From Pseudomonadota bacterium (GTDB lineage: Bacteria > Pseudomonadota > Alphaproteobacteria > Kiloniellales > J153), in NCBI GenBank assembly GCA_022572105.1, contig JACZWN010000002.1:1-49113 (forward strand): DNA of 49,113 nt, given 5' to 3'. Position 1 is the first letter of the stretch; each line of letters begins with the position of its first letter. Under the pieces are notes generated by a model, which did no database searches, was not told where the DNA came from, and saw nothing but the letters and a program-made list of their open reading frames with translations. Of this stretch, positions 8,513 through 16,474 are shown piece by piece. A program made the position numbers and the translations under genes.

Positions 8513-8956
8513 TTAAAAGCGCTCGTCGATGGCGACGGACACCGGCTGTCCGGAGGCGGACTTCGATGCCGCCGCGGCGTAGCCGCCGGCCGAATAGCCC
8601 GTGTTCTCGCGGCGCTTCCGGTCGATCTCGTGGGCGATCGCCTCGAGCACGCGCTGGGAGGTGTCCCTGGTGGCGCGTAGCGCGCGTTCGTTGGCGGCCA
8701 GCGTCGATTGGAACTTGCCGATCACCGCCTCGAACTCGGCCCTCAGGGCCGGTTGCACGGCCTCGAGAATTTCCGGCTGGCCGGCGAACGACTTGATCTG
8801 GGCCTCGTAGGCGGCGCTCAGGGCGATCTTGTCCTGCTGCAGCGCCTCGATCTCGGCGGGCTGCATCGCGCGCAGCACCTCGATCTCGCGCTCGAGCACG
8901 CCGATCAGGCGGCTCGTGATCTTGAGTAGATCGGTGATCTCATTCGGGGCGTTCAT
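8513..8956 (-). CDS. FlgN-like flagellar export chaperone (helical, 147 aa)
   Basis: Position immediately upstream of flgK, helical heptad-rich sequence, and ATGA overlap with the upstream rod-binding gene. The assignment rests on synteny and composition only. Confidence 0.45.
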   Translation of the reverse strand: MNAPNEITDLLKITSRLIGVLEREIEVLRAMQPAEIEALQQDKIALSAAYEAQIKSFAGQPEILEAVQPALRAEFEAVIGKFQSTLAANERALRATRDTSQRVLEAIAHEIDRKRRENTGYSAGGYAAAASKSASGQPVSVAIDERF

Positions 8957-9294
8957 TCTTGATTTACCTCTTGGAGCCTGAGGATCTCCCGCTGCACGGC
9001 GTCGGCTATGCCGATGCCGCCCGAGCGGGCGATCGCCTTGCCGTATTCCTCGACCAGTATCGAGCGATAGATGTCCTCGCCGGGGCCGCCACCGAACAAC
9101 TCGTCGGTCTCCAGGCCCTCGAACATCGGGGCCAGCATCTGGGAGATGAAAACGGCCTCGAACTCCTCGGCCGCACGCCGGACCTGGTCGTCCGCCAAGG
9201 GCCCCCGGAGCCGAGCGGCCGCCCGCTCGGCCTGGCCGGCGCGGGCGGTGTTCGCGATCTGGGAAAGGTCGATGATCGGCGTATCTAGGCCCAT
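8953..9294 (-). CDS. flgJ: Rod-binding protein (single-domain FlgJ, no muramidase domain)
   Basis: 113 aa. AAEEFEAVFISQMLAPMFEGL...GGGPGEDIYRSILVEEYGKAIA is the FlgJ N-terminal rod-binding motif. The start overlaps the flgI stop by 1 nt (TGATG). The tracked 564-aa ORF is chimeric. Confidence 0.8.
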   Translation of the reverse strand: MGLDTPIIDLSQIANTARAGQAERAAARLRGPLADDQVRRAAEEFEAVFISQMLAPMFEGLETDELFGGGPGEDIYRSILVEEYGKAIARSGGIGIADAVQREILRLQEVNQE

Positions 9295-10481
9295 CACATC
9301 ACCTCGATTTCCGCCTGCAAGGCGCCGGCCGCTTTGACCGCCTGCAGGATGGTGATCATGTCGCGCGGCCCGATCCCGAGCGCGTTCAGCCCGTTGACCA
9401 TCTCCTGCAGGCTGACCCCCTCGGGCAGGACCGCGAGCCGGCGCTGCGCATCCTCCTCGACCTCGATCGAGGTGCGCGGTACCGTCTCGGTCGTGCCGGT
9501 AGTGGAAAAGGGCGAGGGTTGACTGACCTGCGCCGTCTCCGTGATCCGGATCGTGAGATTGCCTTGCGCGATCGCCACGGTGCTGATGCGCACGTTCTCG
9601 CCCATGACGATCACGCCCGAGCGTTCGTTGATGACCACCCGGGCTACCTGATCGACCTTGACGCGCAGCTGCTCGATGTCGGTGAGCAGGGCTACGGTGT
9701 CGCCCTTGTAGCGCTCCGGGACCTTGAGCAACACCGTGCCGGGGTCGGTCGAGCGCGCCGCCGGGATCCCTAGAAAGGTATTGACCTTCTCGGCCAGGCG
9801 CCGGGCCGTGGTCAGGTCCGGGTTGCGCAGGCTGATCTTGACCGTCTTCAACTCGGCCATATCGAACGCGATCTCGCGCTCCACGATCGCGCCGTTGGGG
9901 ATGCGGCCACTGGTCGGGACGCCCCTGGTCACGCTTTGACCGTCGCCCTCGGCGCTGAAGCCGGCGACCGCGATGGATCCCTGGGCCACCGCGTAGACCT
10001 CGCCGTCGGCGGCGAGCAGCGGGCTGACCAGGAGGGTGCCGCCGAGCAGGCTGTTGGCGTTGCCGAGCGCCGAAACGCTGATGTCGATGCGGGTTCCTTG
10101 GCGGGCGAAGGCCGGCAGGTTCGCGGTCACCATGACCGCGGCGACGTTGTCGGTATCCAGGTCGTCGTCGCGCGCGTTGATGCCCAGGCGCTGCAACATG
10201 CCGATCAGGCTCTCCCGTGTGAAAGGCGCGCTCTTCAGGTCGTCGCCGGTGCCGTTGAGGCCGACCACCAGGCCGTAACCGACCAGCAGGTTGTCGCGCA
10301 TGCCCTCGAAGCTCGCGATGTCCTTGATCCGGGACTGGGCTTGGCCGGCGGCCGGCCAGGCGACGGCCAGCAGCAGCACAAGGGGTGCCAGGCGCCGAAG
10401 CGCGCCGGCGATCCGGCCGGGAAAAGCGTCGGCAAAGGCGCCAAGGAAGGCAAAAGTTGGGTTCAGCGCTCGCGCCATCAT
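9294..10481 (-). CDS. flgI: Flagellar P-ring protein FlgI
   Basis: RIKDIASFEGMRDNLLVGYGLVVGLNGTGD follows the signal peptide LVLLLAVAWPAAGQAQS. Start chosen at the ATG at 10481 (AGGA 4 nt upstream), downstream of the predicted sigma-54 promoter. Longer in-frame starts at 10505 and 10682 are less likely. Confidence 0.85.
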   Translation of the reverse strand: MMARALNPTFAFLGAFADAFPGRIAGALRRLAPLVLLLAVAWPAAGQAQSRIKDIASFEGMRDNLLVGYGLVVGLNGTGDDLKSAPFTRESLIGMLQRLGINARDDDLDTDNVAAVMVTANLPAFARQGTRIDISVSALGNANSLLGGTLLVSPLLAADGEVYAVAQGSIAVAGFSAEGDGQSVTRGVPTSGRIPNGAIVEREIAFDMAELKTVKISLRNPDLTTARRLAEKVNTFLGIPAARSTDPGTVLLKVPERYKGDTVALLTDIEQLRVKVDQVARVVINERSGVIVMGENVRISTVAIAQGNLTIRITETAQVSQPSPFSTTGTTETVPRTSIEVEEDAQRRLAVLPEGVSLQEMVNGLNALGIGPRDMITILQAVKAAGALQAEIEVM

Positions 10482-10519
10482 CCAATCCTGGTTCACACAC
10501 AACATTCCAGCCCCTGCTA

Positions 10520-10535
10520 TGCGAAACCCGTGCCA
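10520..10535 (-). promoter_or_regulatory. Candidate sigma-54 (-24/-12) promoter for flgI
   Basis: The minus strand reads TGGCACGGGTTTCGCA, against consensus TGGCACG-N4-TTGCW. GG and GC are correctly spaced, and the site is ~40 nt upstream of the flgI ATG. Confidence 0.55.
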
Positions 10536-10672
10536 ACTCGGGTGAGTCCTCAACGCGTTGTATTTGCTGGATAAAACGACGATCCGGCGAGCTGGGGCGG
10601 GGTGGCGGCCTTGCCCGGGGCAATTCCGAACCAGCGGCAGGCGGCAATTTTTGCCGTCCGCGAACCCGAGGT

Positions 10673-10688
10673 TTAACCGCAAATTAAC
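10673..10688 (+). promoter_or_regulatory. Perfect CtrA-type box TTAA-N7-TTAAC upstream of fliX
   Basis: TTAACCGCAAATTAAC, 50 nt upstream of the fliX ATG at 10738, in the divergent flgI/fliX spacer. Confidence 0.55.
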
Positions 10689-10737
10689 GGCGCGGGTTCA
10701 GTTTTAGGTGAGGAGCGGGAGATTCCACGGATCGAAA

Positions 10738-11157
10738 ATGAAAATCGATCGGCATTCCACAATTGGGACGCCGCCTAGCAGGCGCAACGAGCGACGCGGC
10801 TCGACCAAGTCGAATGCCTTCGCGCGGGCTCTGTCCACCGACAGCGAGGCCCCGCCGGTCTCGACCGTCAGCGGCGGCGCGGCGCTCGGTCCGGTCGACG
10901 CCTTGCTGGCGCTGCAGGAGGTATCGGAGGATCCGGGCGGCCGGAACCGCGGCCGCCGCCGCGGCGAGGAGCTCCTGGACAGCCTCGACGAACTGCACTA
11001 CGGACTGCTGGCCGGCAGCCTGTCGCTGGGCGCCATCGAGCGACTGGCGGCCATGGTGGCCGCCAAGCGCGGCCAGGTGGACGACCCCCGGCTGGCCAGG
11101 GTTCTGGACGAGATCGAGGTCAGGGCCGCCGTCGAGCTGGCGAAGCTGGGCCGCTGA
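10738..11157 (+). CDS. fliX: Flagellar assembly regulator FliX
   Basis: VDALLALQEV...RRRGEELLDSLDELHYGLLAGSL...DDPRLARVLDEIEVRAAVELAKLGR matches the FliX family. Divergent from flgI, as in Caulobacter. The tracked start at 10708 is GTG and lies too close to the CtrA box, so the ATG at 10738 is preferred. Confidence 0.8.
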   Translation: MKIDRHSTIGTPPSRRNERRGSTKSNAFARALSTDSEAPPVSTVSGGAALGPVDALLALQEVSEDPGGRNRGRRRGEELLDSLDELHYGLLAGSLSLGAIERLAAMVAAKRGQVDDPRLARVLDEIEVRAAVELAKLGR

Positions 11158-11302
11158 GGCACGAATTTCAGCGGCTTCTTCCCTTTTCCCCTTTAGATTC
11201 AATCAAATGTGAATACGTCTGGGTGCGTTCTTCGCTTGTCCGGCGGGGCAAAATTCATATACTCCGCGGCGAAAAAAACGCTGTGCAGCGAATAGGGCGA
11301 GA

Positions 11303-11743
11303 ATGAACAAGAAGAGGAAGAGGACGCGTAAGGTGGCGGTACCCAACGGTTACCAGCCCGCGGAGGGCGAAAAATTCATGAACCCGGTCATGCGGGAATA
11401 CTTCCGGCAGAAGCTGCTGCATTGGAAGGGCGAACTCGTTCGCGAGTCGACCGAAACGATCCAGCATCTGCAAGAGGAGTTCCTTCACGAGGCGGACATA
11501 GCGGATCGAGCCTCGGCCGAGACCGACCGTTCCCTGGAACTGCGAACCCGGGATCGGGAGCGCAAACTGATCTCCAAGATCGACGCCGCGCTCAGCCGCA
11601 TCGAGGAAGGCTCCTACGGCTATTGTGACGAGACCATGGAGCCCATCAGCCTTCAGCGCCTCGAGGCGAGACCCATCGCCACGCTCTCCATCGAGGCACA
11701 GGAGCGCCACGAGCTGATGGAGCGGACCCATCGGAACGCGTAA
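11303..11743 (+). CDS. dksA: RNA polymerase-binding transcription factor DksA (single-Cys variant)
   Basis: 146 aa. ADIADRASAETDRSLELRTRDRERKLISKIDAALSRIEEGSYGYCDETMEPISLQRLEARPIATLSIEAQERHE. Confidence 0.9.
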   Translation: MNKKRKRTRKVAVPNGYQPAEGEKFMNPVMREYFRQKLLHWKGELVRESTETIQHLQEEFLHEADIADRASAETDRSLELRTRDRERKLISKIDAALSRIEEGSYGYCDETMEPISLQRLEARPIATLSIEAQERHELMERTHRNA

Positions 11744-11831
11744 CCACAGACTGTGTTTTCCGTGAAAAATCAATTGGTTGTACTTAGAATTTCGATCCCT
11801 TCATAAGGTTTCGCTCAGGACATGGCGAGGG

Positions 11832-11858
11832 GGCCGGGCTGGACGGCCCGGCCTTTTT
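11832..11858 (+). terminator. Rho-independent terminator after dksA
   Basis: GGCCGGGC-TGGACG-GCCCGGCC stem-loop followed by TTTTT. Confidence 0.75.
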
Positions 11859-11984
11859 CACATCGCGCTCGAGATCGGGGTGACGGGGTCGAGCCCGGAT
11901 GCCTGGCCCCTTGCACGCCGCGTTAACGACCCGCGCGCCGACCCTGTCATGCTTGCCGGCTGCATCGCACACAAAAGGCAAATA

Positions 11985-12165
11985 CAAGGTGAGCTTATAA
12001 AGATAAAAGTTTATCTAAACGAGTGTATATAAAATTCAAGTCAATTATAAGGTAAATATAGAACAAGTAATATCTAAGAATATTAACAAGTTTTTAACAC
12101 TCTTAGGCAATACTCTATTTAGAGAGACAGTAAGTCCTCTGTTAATCATTCGTCGATTTCGATTG
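11985..12165. promoter_or_regulatory. Extreme AT-rich island (~20-25% GC by hand count) upstream of the RTX gene
   Basis: Hand counts give 12/60 GC for 12001-12060 and 15/60 for 12061-12120, against >60% in the flanks. Contains the 7-bp inverted repeat AGATAAA-AG-TTTATCT (12001..12016) and a CtrA-type box. Confidence 0.6.
12083..12098 (+). promoter_or_regulatory. Perfect CtrA-type box TTAA-N7-TTAAC
   Basis: TTAACAAGTTTTTAAC, 78 nt upstream of the RTX-gene ATG at 12176. A chance match is more likely here because the context is AT-rich. Confidence 0.4.
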
Positions 12166-12175
12166 GACGGTCGCC

Positions 12176-13681
12176 ATGGTCGAGGTTTCGGAAAGCGAAC
12201 TGGGCACCGCTCTGGAGCCGCCGGTCGACGCCCCCGGGGGCTCCGCCAGCGAAGACGCAGCGGTTTTCGCCCGCGTGGCTCGGCCGGAACCCGGCGAGAC
12301 GTTGGTGGTGCCGGCGGAAGCCGGCCTGCTGCTGGTGGTCGAGTTCAATCCCGCCAACGCCGGGTTCGCCGTCGAGGGCGACGATTTCGTGCTGACCCTC
12401 GAGGACGGCGCCCGGGTCGTGTTCGAGGGCTTGGTCTCGGCCGCCCAGGGCGAGGACGCGCCCACGGTTCGGATCGCCGGCATCGATATCGGGGCCGATG
12501 TCCTGATCGATCAGGCCCTGGCTGTTGCCGGCGCCGACGAGCCCATCGAGACCGCGGCCGGCGAGGATGGCGAGGACGAGGGTGTCGCCGGCGGCGGCGG
12601 ATCGGAGTATGTCGACTCATTCGGCGACCTGATCGCCGGCCTGATCGCGCAGGGCGTCATCGGCGAGACCGAACTGGGCTTCGGGCTGATCGGAAGCGGC
12701 GGCACGGAGCTTCCGGTCGACGCGGAGTTTCTGTTCGAGGGCTTTCTCCCAAGCGGCGGCGGCTTCTCGACCCTCGATTTCGGCTCGCCCGGCGTGCTGT
12801 CGCCGGTGGATTCGGGGCCGAGCGAATCCGGCGGCGCCCTGGCCCCGCTCGTCGTTGACCCTATCAACATCATCACCAACGAGGCGACCGGGAACCTGCA
12901 GATCCCGGACGAGCTGATCCTCTATCTGGCCGCGGACGATCAGGACGTTAGCCTGAGCATGGCCGGGCCAGCCTACGACGGCGGGGTCGATAACGCCTAC
13001 ATCTGGGCCGCCGGCACCCTGGCGCTTAGCGGTTCCGATCCCGCCAACACCTGGGCCAACCACGTCAACGATCACGTCAACTACCATATCGGCAACGGCA
13101 ACCCGACCTACGAGGGCAGCTTCACCTACGAGGTTGCCAACGGGCAAGGCGCCACGGGTTACGGCGCGATCCACGTCGAGAACTTCGAGACCGCCCAGTC
13201 GCGCGGCTACTGGGCGCTGACGGGGACCGACGACGACGAGGTGCTGCTCGGTCTCGACGGTCGCAACCAGATCGACGGCGGCGGCGGCAACGACATCATC
13301 CACGGCGGCCACGATAACAGCGGCGACATCCTGATCGGCGGCGCCGGCGACGACGTGATCTTCGGGGGCTCGGGCAACGACGACCTGCGAGGCGGCACGG
13401 GCGACGACACCTTCCTGATGAGCGCCGGCTTCGGCCGCGACGACGTGGACGGCGGCGACGGCACGGACATCATCTCGCTCGACAGCGTCCTGACGTCCGC
13501 CGACCTGGGCGACACGAACGACCTAAGCGCATGGCTTACCGCCGACCAGGGCTACACTCACGTTACCGCCGACAACACGATCACCTTCAGCGCCTCCGCC
13601 AGCGGCACCATCGACCTGGGCGGCGGCAACGAGATCACCTTCCTGAACATCGAGCAGATCGTCTACACGGATATTATTTGA
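12176..13681 (+). CDS. RTX-type calcium-binding repeat protein (probable T1SS substrate)
   Basis: 501 aa, acidic, no Cys. GGxGxD nonapeptide run: IDGGGGNDIIHGGHDNSGDILIGGAGDDVIFGGSGNDDLRGGTGDDTF. No N-terminal signal peptide. C-terminus ...ITFLNIEQIVYTDII. Confidence 0.8.
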   Translation: MVEVSESELGTALEPPVDAPGGSASEDAAVFARVARPEPGETLVVPAEAGLLLVVEFNPANAGFAVEGDDFVLTLEDGARVVFEGLVSAAQGEDAPTVRIAGIDIGADVLIDQALAVAGADEPIETAAGEDGEDEGVAGGGGSEYVDSFGDLIAGLIAQGVIGETELGFGLIGSGGTELPVDAEFLFEGFLPSGGGFSTLDFGSPGVLSPVDSGPSESGGALAPLVVDPINIITNEATGNLQIPDELILYLAADDQDVSLSMAGPAYDGGVDNAYIWAAGTLALSGSDPANTWANHVNDHVNYHIGNGNPTYEGSFTYEVANGQGATGYGAIHVENFETAQSRGYWALTGTDDDEVLLGLDGRNQIDGGGGNDIIHGGHDNSGDILIGGAGDDVIFGGSGNDDLRGGTGDDTFLMSAGFGRDDVDGGDGTDIISLDSVLTSADLGDTNDLSAWLTADQGYTHVTADNTITFSASASGTIDLGGGNEITFLNIEQIVYTDII

Positions 13682-13701
13682 CCGGGGTTCAATCGACGGT
13701 C

Positions 13702-13744
13702 AGCGGCCCGGAACCCCGCCCATGGGGTCCCGGGCCGCTTTTTC
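13702..13744 (+). terminator. Rho-independent terminator after the RTX gene
   Basis: AGCGGCCCGG ... CCGGGCCGCT long stem (with inner ACCCC/GGGGT pairing) followed by TTTTT. Confidence 0.7.
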
Positions 13745-13810
13745 GTGGCGCCGGTTTTGTTGTCCGGCCGCCGGTCCCGAGGCGGGATCGGTCGGTGTGC
13801 AGGACCCCGT

Positions 13811-14656
13811 CTAGAAGGGCCAGATGATGTCGTAGATCTGCTGGCCGTAACGCGGCTGTTGCACGTCGCTGATTTGGCCGCGGCCGCCATAGACGATGCG
13901 CGCCTCGGCGATCTGGTCGTAATTGATCGTGTTGGTCGAGGTGATGTCCTCGGGTCGGATCAGGCCGGCGACCTGCAGTTCGCGGACCTCGAAGTTGACC
14001 CGGATCTCCTGGCGCCCGGCGATCACCAGGTTGCCGTTAGGCAGCACCTGGGTGACCAGCGCCGCGATCCGCAGGTTGATCGTTTCACCGCGGTTCACGC
14101 TGCCGGCGCCCTCAGTTTTGGAGGAGCTGTCGAGGTTGATCAGGCTGGTGGGGCTGATCGCGCTCGGCAAAACCTGGGCCAGGCTCGCCTCGAAGCCGAG
14201 GATCGAGGCTGCCGAGGCGTCCTCGCCGGCAGTCCGGCTGCGTTTCGTGGAATTGGAGATCGATGCGTCGTCCTCGATCTCGATGACGACGGTCAGGATA
14301 TCGCCGACCTCGCTGGCGCGCTGATCCTTGAGGAAGGCGCGCGAGCCCGGCCGCCACAGCGAGTTGGGCTTGCGCTCCACGACCAGGGGCGGGGGCATGG
14401 GCATGGCGATCGGCTGGTTGCCGTGCAGGACCGCCGGGTTCTGGATCGCGGTGAGCGGCGGCGCCTCGCCGACCTGCGACAGGCGGGTCAGCGCGTTGCA
14501 GGCGCCCAGCGTGAGCGCCAGAACCGCGATCGTCGCGGTCTTGGTCAGACGTGTCTTGGTCAGACGTGTCTTGGTTAGACGCGTCTTGGTCGGGCGGGTC
14601 CGGCCGGGCGCCGCGGCCGCCGGCCCGGTCGGAAGGGCTGTGTCGAGCTGGTTCAT
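13811..14656 (-). CDS. flgH: Flagellar L-ring lipoprotein FlgH
   Basis: Lipobox LALTLGAC, then LWRPGSRAFLKDQRASEVGDILTVVI ... LVIAGRQEIRVNFEVRELQVAGLIRPEDI ... YGGRGQI. Confidence 0.92.
   Translation of the reverse strand: MNQLDTALPTGPAAAAPGRTRPTKTRLTKTRLTKTRLTKTATIAVLALTLGACNALTRLSQVGEAPPLTAIQNPAVLHGNQPIAMPMPPPLVVERKPNSLWRPGSRAFLKDQRASEVGDILTVVIEIEDDASISNSTKRSRTAGEDASAASILGFEASLAQVLPSAISPTSLINLDSSSKTEGAGSVNRGETINLRIAALVTQVLPNGNLVIAGRQEIRVNFEVRELQVAGLIRPEDITSTNTINYDQIAEARIVYGGRGQISDVQQPRYGQQIYDIIWPF
14538..14592. repeat. 15-bp tandem repeat (~3.6 copies) inside the flgH signal-peptide n-region
   Basis: GTCTTGGTCAGACGT x2, then GTCTTGGTTAGACGC, then a partial copy. Encodes TKTRL-TKTRL-TKTRL-TKT. 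Confidence 0.95.
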
Positions 14657-14667
14657 CTATGCCACTC

Positions 14668-15627
14668 CTATTCGGCGGCGCTCAGCCCGCCCGGGATCAC
14701 CTCGACGGCACCCGAATTGGTCACGCTGGCGCTGATTATTTTGCTGGTTTGCGTGTTCATGACCCGAATCACGTTGCCCATGGCGCCCGGCTCCATGGCC
14801 CGGCCCTGGACGGTCAGGATCATGCGCGCCGTCTGCAGCCTGATGGTCACCAAGCTGTTCCTGGGGACCAGAATGGGCTCGCGCAGGTCGTTGCTGAGCA
14901 CCGCTTCACCGGCGCGGATCGGCCGGCGCGGGCTCTTGCCCACGAGGTTGGCCACGTCGCGCACCGCGTTTCGGGCGATTCGGTCGGCGCGCAGGCTGAG
15001 CCATTCGATGTCGCGCTCGTGGATCACGTCGCCGGGTACCATGCGCCGGCGCAGCGCCGGAACCTCGATCATCTCGATGGCGCGTCCGGTCAACGTTGCC
15101 CGTGCCAGCGGTGTCCCTTCCGCTGGCGCGACGAGGTGGGCCGTAAAACGGCCGGTCTCCGGGTTGTGCGAGAGGCCGGTGACCAGGAGCGTCGGCGCTA
15201 CATCGGACGGCAGGTACAGCCGCATGGCGGGATTGTCGAGCACCAGCGAAATCCGCCCCCCAACGCCGCGCTGCCTAAGCGCATCGAGCGCCGCGCCCTC
15301 GAGCTGCCGGGTCTCGATCACGACGCTGGCGCGTTCGATGACCGCCCCGTCGAGCCGCGAGCTCGGGCGCCAGGGCACGCCGTAGGCCTGGGCCACGGCG
15401 GCGAGCCAGCGCGCATCGACCGGGACGCGCTTGCCGGGGGCCGGCGCGCGCGCGACCGGGATCGCATCCTTCTCGCCCAAACCCTCGAAGAGATCGCCAA
15501 GGTGTAAAACCGGCCCTTCGACGACGACCTTGGTCTTCAGGAGCACCAGCCCTTGGGGCTGCGACCCGGCCGCGGCACTCGAGACGACGAGCAGGGTCAA
15601 TACGAAGGCAGCGAACAAACGGCGCAT
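14668..15627 (-). CDS. flgA: Flagellar P-ring assembly chaperone FlgA
   Basis: Signal peptide MRRLFAAFVLTLLVVSSAAA. SAF-like C-terminal part: VPRNSLVTIRLQTARMILTVQGRAMEPGAMGNVIRVMNTQTSKIISASV. Lies between flgG and flgH. Confidence 0.85.
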   Translation of the reverse strand: MRRLFAAFVLTLLVVSSAAAGSQPQGLVLLKTKVVVEGPVLHLGDLFEGLGEKDAIPVARAPAPGKRVPVDARWLAAVAQAYGVPWRPSSRLDGAVIERASVVIETRQLEGAALDALRQRGVGGRISLVLDNPAMRLYLPSDVAPTLLVTGLSHNPETGRFTAHLVAPAEGTPLARATLTGRAIEMIEVPALRRRMVPGDVIHERDIEWLSLRADRIARNAVRDVANLVGKSPRRPIRAGEAVLSNDLREPILVPRNSLVTIRLQTARMILTVQGRAMEPGAMGNVIRVMNTQTSKIISASVTNSGAVEVIPGGLSAAE

Positions 15628-15643
15628 GGCGCACCCTCCCTAA

Positions 15644-16429
15644 TCAGCGGAGCTGGACGACGCTCGAGAGCATCTCGTCGGCGGCCTGAATCACCCGCGA
15701 GTTCATCTCGTAGGCCCGCTGGGCGGTAATCAGGTTGGTGATCTCGGCGACCACGTTGACGTTGGAGGTCTCGAGCGCGCCCTGCTGGATTTTGCCGAAA
15801 CCGGGCGCACCAGGGGTTCCGATGGTGGCCAGACCGGAGGCCGTGGTCTCGAGGAACAGGTTGTCGCCGAGCGCCTGCAGGCCCGCTTCGTTCGGGAAGT
15901 TGGCGAGCTGGAGCTGCCCGACGTTTAGCGGCGCGGTCTGGCCCTCGATCGTGGCGAAGACCTGGCCCTGGGCGTTGATGGTGATGTCGACGGCATTGCT
16001 CGGGATCGTAACTCCCGGCTTTACCACATAGCCATTGGCGGTCACCAGGTCGCCGGCCGGGCTGAGCCCAAAGGCGCCGCTGCGCGTATAACCGGTCTGT
16101 GTACCGGGCAATTCCACCACGAATAAACCCTTGCCGTTGATCGCCACGTCCAGGTTGTTGTCGGTGATGACCAGGGCGCCCTGCTCGGTGATGCGGTAGA
16201 CCGCCGCCGGCTTGACGCCGAGACCGATCTGAATGCCCGAGGGCACCACGGTGCCGGTATCCGAGGAATTGGTGCCGGCGCGCAGCAGGTCCTGGTAGAG
16301 CAGGTCGTGGAACTCCGCCCGCTGACGCTTGAAACCGGTGGTGTTGATGTTGGCGATGTTGTTGGCGATCACCTCGACGTTGAGTTGTTGGGCCAACATT
16401 CCCGTCGCGGCGATACTGAGCGAACGCAT
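15644..16429 (-). CDS. flgG: Flagellar distal rod protein FlgG
   Basis: MRSLSIAATGMLAQQLNVEVIANNIANINTTGFKRQRAEF ... VNVVAEITNLITAQRAYEMNSRVIQAADEMLS. Confidence 0.93.
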   Translation of the reverse strand: MRSLSIAATGMLAQQLNVEVIANNIANINTTGFKRQRAEFHDLLYQDLLRAGTNSSDTGTVVPSGIQIGLGVKPAAVYRITEQGALVITDNNLDVAINGKGLFVVELPGTQTGYTRSGAFGLSPAGDLVTANGYVVKPGVTIPSNAVDITINAQGQVFATIEGQTAPLNVGQLQLANFPNEAGLQALGDNLFLETTASGLATIGTPGAPGFGKIQQGALETSNVNVVAEITNLITAQRAYEMNSRVIQAADEMLSSVVQLR

Positions 16430-16474
16430 TGCGGTAATCCTTTCCTCTTCTTGTCCCTTACGCCTTCCAAATCC

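Noticed and set aside
8953-10647. 564-aa minus-strand ORF
   Set aside because: It is chimeric. Only the last 113 codons (8953..9294) encode the rod-binding FlgJ protein. The upstream part is an Arg/Pro/Gly-rich off-frame read through flgI.
11255-11773. 172-aa minus-strand ORF
   Set aside because: It is antisense to the unambiguous dksA gene.
12163-12858. 231-aa Arg-rich plus-strand ORF, plus minus-strand ORFs 12345..13515
   Set aside because: These are alternative frames or antisense reads of the RTX gene. Their poly-Arg/Pro composition is characteristic of off-frame GC-rich DNA.
14538-14592. Tandem repeat arrays (also 17232..17264, 19919..19992 and 41573..41617) considered as possible CRISPR arrays
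   Set aside because: The units are 11-15 bp and directly abutting, with no spacers. Three of the four arrays are in-frame inside genes, so none is a CRISPR array.
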